DNA from: Takakia lepidozioides
Taxonomy: Eukaryota; Plantae; Bryophyta
Assembly (NCBI GenBank): GCA_030704615.1
Contig: CM060732.1
Location: forward strand, 54,436,001-54,500,000
Direction: 5' to 3'
Length of the DNA stretch: 64,000 nt
Below the pieces are notes generated by a model that worked only from the letters and a program-made list of their open reading frames with translations, did no database searches and was not told where the DNA came from. Below are positions 51,522 through 64,000 of the stretch, piece after piece. The position numbers and the translations under genes are program-made. Each line of letters opens with the position of its first letter. Positions within the stretch are counted from its first letter, which is position 1.

Positions 51522-54003
51522 ATGGCAAACAACTTGTGGCTGCGTGCAAAACTCAATTTGCAGTGTAAAAATGTTTGGGACGAGGTGAGTGGATCACTGG
51601 GCGATTTGGGTACGTTTGTGCCGATTGTGCTGGCCCTCACTCTGGTGAATGGCCTTGATTTTGGAACAACACTTCTGTTCACTGGTGCCTACAACATTAT
51701 CACAGGTGAGATTATCCTTCGAGATTTCAACCTATTGGTCTTTTTCGATAATGGATCTCTTTGAAATTGGGTGACAAGCATGCGTGTTTTAAACTGCTGG
51801 GCTCAGTTGTTCTCGAATTCATGGATTGGTAGGGTAAACTAAGCTGAACAATATTATGTGGGAAAGGAATCAGACAGCTTGACAGGCTGTATCCTTAGAA
51901 TTATAGCTCGGATACTTACATGGGCCAAATTTGTGTTTTCTGTCTGTCTACAGAAGCTCACTTTTACGAATGGCATGTCTTTGGTGTGGTAGAGCTATGA
52001 CAGTTGTTGAAGTTATTAAAAAACTAGAAAGTGTGCGTGGAAGAGAGATTTCTTAGATGAGAGCATCCTCAAGGTCGTAGATTGCAAAACAAGTCTTCAC
52101 ATCGATGTGGTTTCTTGTACTTTCCCCATATTTGGAACGTGTTCAAAACTGCCTGGCAATGTTGTGCTGACGGTCGACTCCCTAGAAGACTCGCCCCCAA
52201 AGAAGACTTTTACGAGCATCGAGGGAGAGTACCTACCTCATCTGTGAATAACCAGCAACTTTAGGAACTGATTTGTACGTTGGGGGCCAAGAAGCATGGT
52301 CGTCATGCACACGTACTCTTGACTTTGTCTCTGTATCTTTAATGCTGCACAGGCGTGCTATTCGGAGTGCCGATGCCAGTGCAACCAATGAAGTCAATTG
52401 CCGCTGTAGCTATCTCTGAGGGAGATCCACTCACAGTGCCTCAAATAATGGCAGCTGGCATTACAACAGCCCTGGTGTTATTGGTGCTGGGAGACACTGG
52501 ACTCATGAGTGTTGTGAACCGATTAGTTCCTCTTCCAGTTGTGAGGGGCATACAGTTGTCACAAGGCATCTCGTTTGGGTCCACAGCTGTGAAATACATT
52601 CTGAAAAACCAGAATTTGCCAAGGAAAGGCAACTGGGGATCGAGCTTGGATGGGCTTGGATGGGCTTCTCCTTGCTCTCTCGGCATTATGTTTCATTGTC
52701 CTTGCTATGGGCTCCGGTGGAGGCATGGCAGATCAGTGTGGAGCTGGAGGCTGTGCTCAGCAGGAAGGAGAGGATCTTTTGGAGGGTGAAAGAGAGAGAG
52801 ATGAGAGAGGAGACGGAGAAAGAGGGACAGGAGAGGAGGAAAGGCAGCAAAAGTTTTTTGCCATTCCAACCGCACTTATCGTATTTTTCCTTGGAGTGAT
52901 TCTTGCCATTGTTCGAGACCCCAGCATCCCAGGGAAGCTCCACATTGGGCCATCAACTCCCCATTTTGTGAGAATCTCCCGGGAGGATTGGAAGATTGGC
53001 TTTGTGAGGGCCGCCATTCCACAGATCCCTCTCTCCATCCTCAATTCTGTCATAGCTGTCTGCAAGCTTTCAAATGACTTATTTCCCACCAAGGAAGTGT
53101 CACCTTTCAGGGTCTCGGTGAGTGTACTTTACCGGCTTATTAGAGCATCATTTCAGTAGAATCTACTCTAACTCGCTGATAACACCCCGCCTCGGGTTTC
53201 TGGAACCACATTCGTAGGTATTTGCCGCACAGTCAAAGCCCTGCCCTTTCAGGATATGTCCCATCAAGGCCCAGGGGCCGTGGGCAAGTACATACAATGT
53301 CTTCGACAATTTTGGCCCTATCTGGCTTGAATGGTAAAGAATGGACCTTGGAATTAGAAATGAATCCAATCAAGATGCTAATATGTAAGAATCGACATCT
53401 GTAGCTTCTTGCTGCCTCACACATATATGTGAACCAGTACTTGTGAATGCCCGCATGCAGAAGATGCATTCTGAATTCACAAAGGATAACAGGATGTGCC
53501 GCTCCATGTTCTCTTGTGTGTAGGTGAGCGTGGGGATTATGAACCTGGTGGGCTGCTGGTGGGGTGCGATGCCCGTTTGCCATGGTGCAGGAGGCCTAGC
53601 TGGCCAGTACCGATTTGGAGCCAGAAATGGGGTTTCTGTGGTTTTTCTTGGGACTGCTAAAATAGTTCTTGGCCTTCTTTTGGGCAGCTCTCTTGTGCAA
53701 ATTTTGGTCCCTTACCCTATTGGCCTTCTAGGTGTGCTGCTGCTGTTTTCAGGCCTTGAATTAGCAATGGCCTGCAGAGACAAAAACTCCAGAAGAGACG
53801 CATTTGTGATGCTAGTTGTCACAGTCGTCTCATTGACAAATTCAAGTTCTGCACTTGGATTTGGGTCTGGAATTGTTCTTGCTGTTCTGCTAGAGCTCCG
53901 AGAGAAAGAATTCTGGGTAAGGCTCTGGTCTCTTTTATCTCGCCGGGGGTCAGAAGAAAGTCTTCCCCCATCTGGCTATGACCAGCTATCTCACAATCCA
54001 TAG
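51522..54003 (+). CDS. MOT1: Molybdate transporter (MOT1 family); exons ~51522-51706, 52353-53117, 53524-54003; apparent frameshift at ~52615-52625
   Basis: EVSGSLGDLGTFVPI, FGVPMPVQPMKSIAAVA, PQIPLSILNSVIAV, GAMPVCHGAGGLAGQYRFGAR. Confidence 0.92.
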
Positions 54004-56724
54004 CTGAAGATCACTAAACAATTGAACTATGGTCATATTTAATTTTGTGCTATCCTGACAACTGCATCCAAACTAGCCCTGTAAAAACTTATTCTAGTTC
54101 AGTGTTATCTCATGTTTATCTGCCAGGTTTAAACTTCCCGGGCAGCAGAAGAATAGTAGCCTTCACACTGGAGTTCAGTACTCTATTTTCTCATAGAGTC
54201 CATGTCTTCAACATTATAATACTACAATGCCTATCCTGAAAAGGTCCCTCGAATACTGAATCTTTCCTAGTGGATACAAGCATATACTAATTGCATTATT
54301 CGGACTCGTCCCATCTTTCCCTTAAGGGCACCTGAAAAGCTTGCACTATGTATCTTCCCTAGGAGTTCATGGTGCAAAGCCTCGGCTGTATAGAGGACAC
54401 TGAATCACTTTTTCTTTTGAGTGAGAGGAGTCGAGATACTTGACCATGCCTGGCCTCATCTATTCCTGCAAATGATTAGTCGACTAATGTACTTCTCTTG
54501 CATAGATTGTAGCTATGAGCATTGGCCGCTTCAAGTTTGGTGAGGAGTTCAGGTGGCATGTTTCAAAGTTGTTTCATTGCTATAGCTTTCCTAGCTGGTT
54601 CCTATTATTATGCATGCATGCTACTAGTTAAGTTGGTGGGACTGAGCAGGCTGTTTGCAACAGTAGTCAGCCATTTTACCTCCCATTCCGTGGGAGACAC
54701 ATTTCTAGCCAGATAGGCCCTTTGCATCACATTGTAATATGCCCTTTGGATCATACGGAAGCCATCAATATTGCCCTATCTCCCATCCTTCCAACCAACA
54801 TCAGGAATGATACCCTCAGTGTAATTGGGCTGCTGGTTGCCCTCATCCCAACAGCTCTCTAAAGTATAAGGGTCTGGCCACAAGGCGGGGGGCCAAACAA
54901 TTCTAAAGCATCAACCAACACTACATTGTATAGGCACTGAGTGTTATGTGCCCCTCAGTCACTCTTCTTCCCACCCTGTAACTAAGTTTTGGTTCCAAAT
55001 GATTCATTGTTTTGTCTGCCACCTCCCAAGGGAATCCGCACTCATAACACGCAGAGACAGCATGGACTTCAAAACACAGAGGGATAATTGGAGGAGAATG
55101 TAGGCCTTTGGCATGCTCCCACTCCCCATTGCTACCAACCTCCACCAAGCACAGCGACAAGCAATCAAAGCTTGAAGCACTAGTCTCAACACTCCCATGG
55201 CTGCGGTCCCAGGCTCAGAGCGCCAGACTCCCGTGTTTGCTGTTATCACTTCAACATTTGGTTGCGAGGACCACGCAGCCCACAACAGCTACGGCATTTT
55301 GCAGTTGCCTGCAAAGGTAGGGTTTTGCATTTTATGTTGGAAAAATTATAACCAAATATTTATCCCATATCGTTTGCAAACATCTCGATGGATGAGTCCT
55401 ATATAAGCCAGGCTTTCCAGGTATGTTCTAACCAGCCGTGTGCTCAGCACAAAGCGAACTATTCTTTCGCCTTTTACTAAAGAATACCGTGCGCGGTGTA
55501 CAGAAAGCGGCATACCTTAGTTTTTGGGCCGGCTCCTTCATCGGGGCCCTCCAAGAAAACCTAATCAGGATCAGCCCTTCTTTTTTCATATATGGAGTTT
55601 CACAGACATGGCTACAGTCAGCAGGCTCCTTGGAACTGAAGTGGCGACTGTGTTTAAATTTGTTGGTGCAACGGCTGGCAACAATACCGAAATTCAGCTT
55701 GAGTTTAGCCCAAGTGTGAAACAAAATAAAAATTTGTGATGGCGACACTCTGACTTTTAGGATACAAAATCTGTGGCTCCAATATTGGAATATGAAATAA
55801 AAAACGGGGGGCTGGTCAAGCTACTTGCACAATGACCATGGCAACAGCCCATAGAATAAATGCTAAGATGAGCTGGGCGGTACATGTACGCACTACACAT
55901 GGAAACTTACTTAGTGGTGTACCTGTATAGATCTGGCTATAGTTACAAAATTGAGATCCAAAAATAAAGGCGCCAAGCCTATATAATAATGAAGCGTTTT
56001 GGCTCTGTCTGTAGCTGGCTCCAACAAATTATTTTCATCCCATATTTCTATATAACTATGTCAACTCCATATTGTATTTGTAGCTTTTTGGCTATTTTTC
56101 GCCTAAAAAAAGGGGCTGATCAGGATAGCAGGCACATTGACAGCACAGTATGTCTAGGGTAATGCCCAGAGTGGAGGGCATTCTCGGATTCTTAAGGGCC
56201 TGACTCCGAGGGCGGCAGCCAGAGGGGGAAGGCTCGAAAATTTGGGGATGCCCGACACAAGGGGCATTACCCTCCGTAAAGAAATGCCGAAAAATTAAAA
56301 AAATATAATGGTCAGTGCATCCTGCATTTCGGAATGCACTCGAGGGAGTGCATTCCGCCAGCCCCATGAATTCTGCTTTTTAACTGCTTTTGGCAGTGCT
56401 TTACAAAACTTTTTGGCAGTGCTTCACTATGTCTGAAAATGGTTTTTTGACGTGGAGATTTCATGGAGATCCTAGGAGGACAGCAAACAGGGCGTTTGAA
56501 CATGCCCAAGCAATTGATACAGCATATTGATGATATTTCAATTCTCAATACAACTTGGGGTGACTCGGGAAATTTACATAAGTCTAAGTTTAGTGGCTTC
56601 TGAATGATGGAGAGGGGATGTAGCACTTTGTAACATATGTATGGAGAGGTCTCCCCTCTTCTTACAAGTCTAGTATATGTTTTTGGACCTGTCATTTTTG
56701 AATACTCTAGCTTGCAATCACCAT

Positions 56725-57700
56725 CCCGTCATCTCCAATCAGAGATCGCAGAGATGGTTCTTGCACGTCTCCCAGTGCGCTCTCTTCTTGCAACCCAAGC
56801 TGTCTGAACAACATTGAGCCAATCACCCGAGTCGATTGGACGATGGAAAGAGGTCGTCTGCTAATTTGGCAACCATGTGCGTTGACCCCTTGTATTGGAA
56901 CATGTTATAAATTATTCGTCCTCTCGCGCAGCGCAATCTCCCCTCTCTCCCTCTCTCTCTCTCTCTCTCTCGCGACTATAGCACCTCCGTACAGTCAGGT
57001 TGATAACATTTGACATCGAAAAATGAGAGTTTGAGATGTCTTGTATATTCCATCCTTTGTCAAGAAAAGAGCAAGCCACGGCTTATGGCTTGTAGGGATA
57101 GTCTCTTCTTTATTGAGGTTTCATTGACCCATGGTGGGCCAATGATCAACTATCACAATGTGCTATTTTCCATCCATCGGATTAAGAGGCATTGAGGCCA
57201 GTACATGTGTATGTTTGAACCAAGATGTCACATAATCTCGGTGATCCAACGAATGTCGATGTTGCCCGAAAATCTTTGGAAAATAACTGGCAATGCGCAG
57301 CAAAAGATGAATGCATATGGGTGACCTATAGACTCTCTTGTACTACAATGTGAGGACTGATACTATAGGGGAGCAACGTATCATACACAATATTAGCAAG
57401 TATGATCCATCTCAGTGGCTTAACAACCGCTACCTTCCCAACATATTTGCACTGAGTTTGAATGTTACTCCTTAAGTGATGATATGTAGACAGCCAAGTT
57501 CTGATGGTGTTCAAGGAAGATGTAGCTTGTAGAGCTTTGCCATTTGCAGAAGAATTTGTGTGGATGTACATACGCTAGATCCCTGCTAGATCTTCAGCAA
57601 CAAGTATAGACTACGCTTGTTGTGAATGAACATTACCACTCTTACTTTGTCGGGTTCCCAAAATGTTTCCAAGTTGGAAACAGAGAACTCATTAATTCAC
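56725..57700 (+). pseudogene. Decayed, rearranged duplicate of the F-box-associated-like fragment at 62435-63240
   Basis: Blocks 56725-56900, 56995-57325 and 57615-57700 match 62435-62600, 62805-63152 and 63165-63240. Confidence 0.6.
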
Positions 57701-58329
57701 TAAGCATCAGCACAAATAACTAGTGTATAATGTTGTTGCTTTTCTATATTACCCGCCAACATCTTTGTGTCAAGACTATATCTAGCCCTATACATGTGCA
57801 AGTTTTTGAAAATAGGTACATTGACGTTTGATGTGGTCCAGAATTTATGGAAATCTATCGTAAGGACAGTAATCGCCTTCATGTCTGATCATGAATTGAT
57901 ACAACATATAATTGATAATCAATTCTCAATGATATAGCTTGGGGTGACTAGGGAAATTTTACAAAAGTCTAACTTTAGTAGCTTTTCGATGATGGAAAAG
58001 AGATGCATGACTTTGTAATACACGTATGGAGACGTTTCCTCTTCTTACCTAGGTGGTACATGTTTTTGGACTATGAACAAGTGTTGTGTATAATCCTACT
58101 AAAGGTTAATATCCTAGCACATCGGCAACACATCCCAGCTTCATGCACCGAAAGCTTCTCATCGTTGCAGCTATTTCCTAGTGCTGAGCTAGTGTTGTCT
58201 TGTTGTTGTTCTCCACTGGATGTTACTCTACCTAATGGGGTGCTGAGATGGACATGTCTTGGAATGTTAGATTGTAGACAAATTAGATAACTAGGAGTGT
58301 CCAAATGTGATCAATACCATCTCACAATT

Positions 58330-58530
58330 CCGAAATCCCACAAGAACGAGTATTTGATTTCGGAGACTTGTTGCATAATAAAATTTGTTGACTTTGACTG
58401 GGCTGGCCAGGAGTCTGTGTGGACATATCCACCTAATATGAACTATGAAATGAATGCTTGGGCCGAAGGCGTAGCTGCAGGGAAGCCCATGCTGCAGAGA
58501 CACGATGCTAAGCTCCTTGATTCAAACCAT
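58330..58530 (+). pseudogene. C-terminal fragment of an atypical (fungal/CRN-type) protein kinase-like domain
   Basis: IKFVDFDWAG..YPPNMN..WAEGV..G..HD..LL. Confidence 0.45.
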
Positions 58531-60544
58531 ACAAAAGTATCAAACTATAATTGGAGGAGAGGTCTTTAAAAAATCCTATGTAGAATCCTCGTCTTTCCTT
58601 GGGAGACTCAGAAGAAGCAGTTTTCTCTTGTCGCGAAGGAGCATATCGATGTGGACTTAATTTAGTAGCTCGAAAATATAAAGTAGTTCGATTGGTCCAG
58701 ATACTTATGTTCTCTGCTCTTATCATGTTGAGTGAAACATTTTTAATTTCATGGATTGGAGTATGTTGCTTTGAGATTAGGAAGCAGGGGGCTTTTAGAG
58801 GTTGGCCATATCTGTTTCATGCAACAGATAATCAACTTTAGATTTTGGATTGGTTTACTACGATCATCCCTCAGCATTCAAGGTTTTTTTTTGGGTTCCT
58901 TGGTGAGCAATCAAGGGCAAAATTGGTGACTGATAAGTTTATCCAGAATCGATAATAATGATCAGATTCCAAGGTAAATGAGAGGATGCTGGGAATAGGC
59001 TATATCAGAAAGATCTGGTTAGCAATAAGAATGGTTTTTTTCTAATATATTCTTGAAAAGTGCAACGACTTTTTGCAATCGATGAAGCAATTGGGGATCT
59101 GGGGTCGCATTGCACAGATGGAGATGGAGAGAAGCAGTCCTCACCAGCTCGTGAAAGACCATACACCAGCACATGAGGTCTTACCGAAGCTTCTTTGGAC
59201 ACCTAAGACACGAAAATCCGTGTTCCAATACTTAGGGTCTGATGTTATCCAAAAGAATGGCAACCGTAGCCAACTTCAGGTCCACTCTCCCTGTGACTTT
59301 CAAGCATGTATGCCCAATGTCCGATGTGTGATGTTCAATATACTCTGTCCTGTGAGCTTTTGTTGAGTTATGAGAGGCTATAACTTTGTATGCATTGTGT
59401 TTCTCGAGAAGGAACCAATCATATACCTCATTTCGAGATGCCCAGCTCAGGCTGCTGAAACCTACTGCTTAAACAAATTCAGCAGTCATAATATCTCAGA
59501 AGATTGGTTGATCCCAAAAACAATTACATGCGTCCTCATTGTACACAATATTTTGAATATGATCTTAGAGTATGAAAGCGGCAAGGCTAGGATTCATTTC
59601 AAGCGAGCCCATTAAAAACAGGAGCACATGGTAAACTTTGCTCACGAAGAGAGATGAGAATTCACAATGATCTATTTTATTACAATGTTATTGCAGACGA
59701 TGAGCAGATGATATCTACATTGGAAGATGGTCTACAAGATGCACAAAGTCTCTGTGAGGAACTAAAATGAAGCCAAAAAGTACGAAGGATATCAAGAGAT
59801 GGTGGTCAAGAGCTTGGTCATATGATTTGACATCATTTGATCTAAAGATTGGAACGCGAGTGAAATTTGATGTTGAGTTGGATGAACAGGTATATTCTGA
59901 TGATGTAGATCACCAAGTTGTTTCATATGATAGTGCTATATCAGATACATTAGAGAAACAGCACAAGACGTCGAGCACACATAAAGACTAGACACACAGT
60001 GCCAGAATGTACATTGATCATGAATTTGTGTATGTTCAAGCCCTAGACATTCTGCAATTTTTTTTTTTTGTTTAGAGAACAGGGGGATTGTAGCCCTGTA
60101 AGGAAAAAATAACCTTACAGAAAAGCCATGAGGCTAAGAATAGAGGTTCCACTCCTAAGAAATTGTCATTGAATATCTAATATTTGAGCACGGCAGACTG
60201 ATTTACAGAGAACAAGGTAATCGCCAGGCTCGCTCCACTTCACCAAGGGCAGATTCCCATGCTCGTCTTATCAGAAGGCCCTGAGGGTATGTGTGGATGT
60301 GTTTCACTTCTGACTCGTGCAATGAGCCATCCGGCACATTAGCTTTCGTACTATCCAACATAAGCATGGCGCCTGATCGCAGCAACAGGAGCGATGGCGC
60401 ACGGCAAGGCTAGGAAGCTTAAGCATAATTTTCCTAACCTGCATGAGAGGGTAAGATGAAGATCATACCAATTGTTTAGGTTTTACAATTATTCAACCAC
60501 TGTAGATGATAAATTGGTTGCTAATATTGTTTTGTTAAAGTAGA

Positions 60545-60690
60545 TAAAGATAAGATAAAGGTAACGAATTTACAGAGCCTACTGCTCAACACACAGGTCT
60601 GAAAGCACATGTTGAAGGATTGAACCCAGGATCACCAAGGTTATGCACAGGCAAGGCACAAACACCCAACCACTGGGCTACCTGCTCAAG
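60545..60690 (-). mobile_element. tRNA-derived SINE with TCTTA-type tail; an inverted 3' copy lies at ~61014-61085
   Basis: A-box TAGCCCAGTGG and B-box GGTTCAATCC on minus strand; 30-bp inverted match gaatttacagagcctactgctcaacacaca. Confidence 0.5.
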
Positions 60691-62434
60691 TAGAGAAAAA
60701 ATGTTTTAAAACATGTAAAAATCTATCTTGTTAAAAGGGGTATTTTTAATCACCTTGTGAATTACAGAGGGGATGGAAAATTATTAGAGTAATCTACATA
60801 AGGGATTATTCTAACAACCTGTTTTTTTACAATATTATATACATAGTGAGTTGAAAAGACAATACATACATACATAACATTTTTCTATTCTCCAAAGTTA
60901 CATTTACATGGTACTTTTTAAATCCCCAATGTTCGCACTTGGTACTGGACATTTACAAAGAGTGACCCCCCAGAGCAAATACCCATGTCAAGGTAATATC
61001 ATGTCAAGCAATATGTGTGTTGAGCAGTAGGCTCTGTAAATTCACTGGACGTTAAAGAATCTTTATCTTATCTTATCTTATCTTTGCTCTGGGGATGAGG
61101 AAGCCGTGTATGTTGAAGGCGGCCTTATTAATATACTACCACTAGTCAAGTACAACGAATGTCGACTAGTCTCCGAGCATGCAGGCCTACAAGTGTTACA
61201 CTTTCAACACATAATTTGTCATGGAATTCTTGCATGAAAGGTGGTTGTGTCACCCTTCAATGCTGCCTCTAATCAGCCCTGCAAGTTCTTTCTCGAGATG
61301 GCACTGAACGAGTAGTGCTTACAAGTGGTAAGTGCTTACAAGGAAATACTAGAGTCATCCTAAGAAGGGGAAGAAGGGACATCAGAGCATGAAAGAGTGG
61401 CAACCATGAACAATCATCTGTACTGTTCACTGCAATAGCAGCAAGGCCTTCTTCTGAGACCTCTCTGGAAGATTGAATATGTATCTAGGGGAATGCTCAG
61501 TCCGAATATCTATCAAAATTGACATGCAGATGCAGTCCTCGTCAAGATCCACTAGTACAACTCGATCTCGATTTTCAAGCACTGGACTTCAACCTCATGC
61601 CATCAACAGGGTGCAAAATTACACGATTTACCTTCAAGATCCCGAAGCTCCATGATAGGAGCAGATGGGGACATCTCGTGTCTCGAAACTGTGCAGGAGA
61701 AATCTAGATAATCAAGATGGGAAGTGTTAATCATGTTGATCTGGGTACATCATAGATTTATTATGACGCTCGACCAGCAAGCACCATGTTTATCAGATGA
61801 GACGAAGGTGCACCTTTAGATTGCGAGTAGCTGGTCGCCCCACGAGCTATCCATGCTCCTGAGCCCTCAACCACATATAAGCTTCATAGCCTCAGAACAA
61901 GGGATTCCTTCAATGCTTTCCTGGGGACACAGTATTTTCCAATCTAATATGGAAATCCCTCAGAATCTTCGTACCGGCTCTAAGTTGATGGGTGTTAGCA
62001 TCCCGATGGCTGTCCAAGCAGTTACCCGTTATCTCGTTGGGCGTTCATCCGAACAGGTATGCCATTTGCAGCATTGTGTTGGACAGCTGTTGAGGCTTCT
62101 AAGACTATTATTAAACATGTCGATAAAAAATTTCTAGACTATATTAGACGTTGCCTACTGTCGGGGTGAACGTGTGGGCGAAAGTAGGACTATTATTAGA
62201 CGTTCAGATCGGGTATATATATGTCTTTGCCTGCAGATGCTCATTCACGACATCTCTCTCGACTCTTTGGTTTCCCTCGAGTGCAGAAGTATCGGTGTCT
62301 CTCGTCTCTTTTATTTCCATCGAGTGCAGAAGTGAGAAGTGTTGACCAATGTTTGGACATCTCAATTCTGAAAGCTTTGGAGGAGATTCCTGGGAGTTAA
62401 CTCCAGGAAGAGTGAAGATGGGGATAGCAGTGCT

Positions 62435-63390
62435 TCCCGTCATCTCCGTCAGAGATCGCAGAGATGGTTCTTGCGCGTCTCCCAGTGCGCTCTCTTCTTG
62501 CAGCCCAAGCCGTGTGCACGACATGAGCCTAGTGAACCCCGAGTCGATTGGACGATGGAAAGAGGCCGTATGCTAATTTGCAACCTTGTACGTTGTAGAT
62601 GACCACGTGCATGGGACATGTTACAAACTTTTTATGCTCGGCCAATATTCTCTCCAAGTGTACAATTCTGGAACAGTTATGGAACAATTCTGGAACACAG
62701 AAGTGGATGGTGCATGAGTTACAGTCACTCTCATGGCTTGATTTATGGTATGCAATGGGATCTTCTATTATCTAGAGCACGACCGTGTAACTGCAGGTCA
62801 AAGAGCAGTCAGGTTGATAGCATTTGACATCGAAAAAGGAGAGTTTGAGTTGTTTGTATACTCCATCCTTTGTCAAGAAAAGAGCAAACCAAGGCTTGTT
62901 GCTTGCAGGGACAGTCTCTTCATTATCGAGGTTTCATTCCTGGTCTTTGAGAGCATGACCCCTGGTGGGCCAACCAAGTGTCACAATGTGCTCTTTTCTA
63001 TTCACCGGATTAAGAGGCAAGGAGGCCAGTATGTGTGTATATTTGTAACCAAGCTGTCACATGATCTCGGTGATCCGACGAATGTCGATGTTGCCCGAAA
63101 ATTTTGGAAAAGAACTGGCAATGCGCAGCAAAGGATGATTGCATCTGGGTGAAAAACTATTCTTGCTGTGAATGAACATTATGACTCTCTCTTTGCTGGG
63201 TTCCTCATATTGGTCCAAGTTGGAAACAGAGAGCCTTAATACTACTTTTAATGCATGCAGGCCTACCGCTGTGTTTTACTTACAACGTGTACATAATTTA
63301 TCATGGCATTCTTGCATGAAAGAAGGTGGTGTGACCCTTCATATGCTGCCTCTAATTATCACGCCTCTAATCAGCCCTGCAACCGACCAT
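62435..63390 (+). pseudogene. F-box-associated/kelch-like beta-propeller fragment
   Basis: VCNGIFYYL..LIAFDIEKGEF..PRLVACRDSLFII; interrupted by stops; no F-box motif found. Confidence 0.5.
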
Positions 63391-64000
63391 ATCTCATAAA
63401 GGTGAAGAGCGCGACCATTCTAGAAAATTGAAAGCTCATCCAGTCAACTATTTACTCTCTGCAGATCCATCACCCACACCATGTTCGTCTCCCTCAGGTT
63501 TCCTGCTCTGATGAAGCCGCAAGACAGGGCTGACTATTTGCTATGTTTGAAAGGCGGCAACCCATCTCGTCTCAAGAGCAAAAGCACAAAGATGAAAGCA
63601 AACATAATAACGAGAACAGTCTTCGGAAGATCGGATTCCACACTTTGTAGTGAAAGACAATCGGAATAATATAACAACTGAATGTACTCGTGCACAATCT
63701 GACGTAACTTTGGCCGGATGCAGGCAGCGTCGGCTCCTCCGTCGGGCCCCCTATCAAATCCTCCCCACCTCCTCTTACTTACCCCGGGTTCTTTATTAGA
63801 ACCACTGTTTTCTGCCAGATTTCCACCTGGAAAGTACATCAGTTACTTGTACAAAGAAATTACCAGGGTTAGAATCCGAAAAATCCTCGGAAAGGCACCT
63901 AATTGTGCCATTGTGGACCTGTTAAAAGGCGCCATCTGTCATATGGCGCCTTTTAGAGGTGCCAGCTCGTTTTCTCACCACGTGGGCGTTGGGTAGAGTA

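Noticed and set aside
54500-55320. Minus-strand coding remnant
   Set aside because: Coding-like stretches are broken by stops and could not be assigned to a family.

Overview
Eukaryotic, intron-rich land-plant DNA (bryophyte-grade by inference from gene and repeat style). Host genes: cornichon (-), USP-domain protein (+), CPFC glutaredoxin (+), HOL/thiol methyltransferase (+), a small conserved plant protein (-), MOT1-family molybdate transporter (+), and decayed F-box-associated and kinase fragments. Two transposon blocks carry DNA-methyltransferase cargo. (1) About 21.8-31.6 kb: a decayed piggyBac-like transposase, two paralogous intron-containing beta-class amino (N6A/N4C)-methyltransferase-like genes, six palindromic repeats, and a head-to-head Mutator-type transposase interrupted by a solo LTR. 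(2) 34225-46463: a very young 12.2-kb Ty3/gypsy element encoding Gag-PR-DNMT3-like C5 methyltransferase-RT-RNaseH-integrase-PHD. Its terminal repeats are split/circularly permuted (sense: B-internal-A-gc-B-A), with a PBS complementary to its own LTR and integrated ends lying at an LTR-internal palindrome. All calls come from manual reading; no searches were run.
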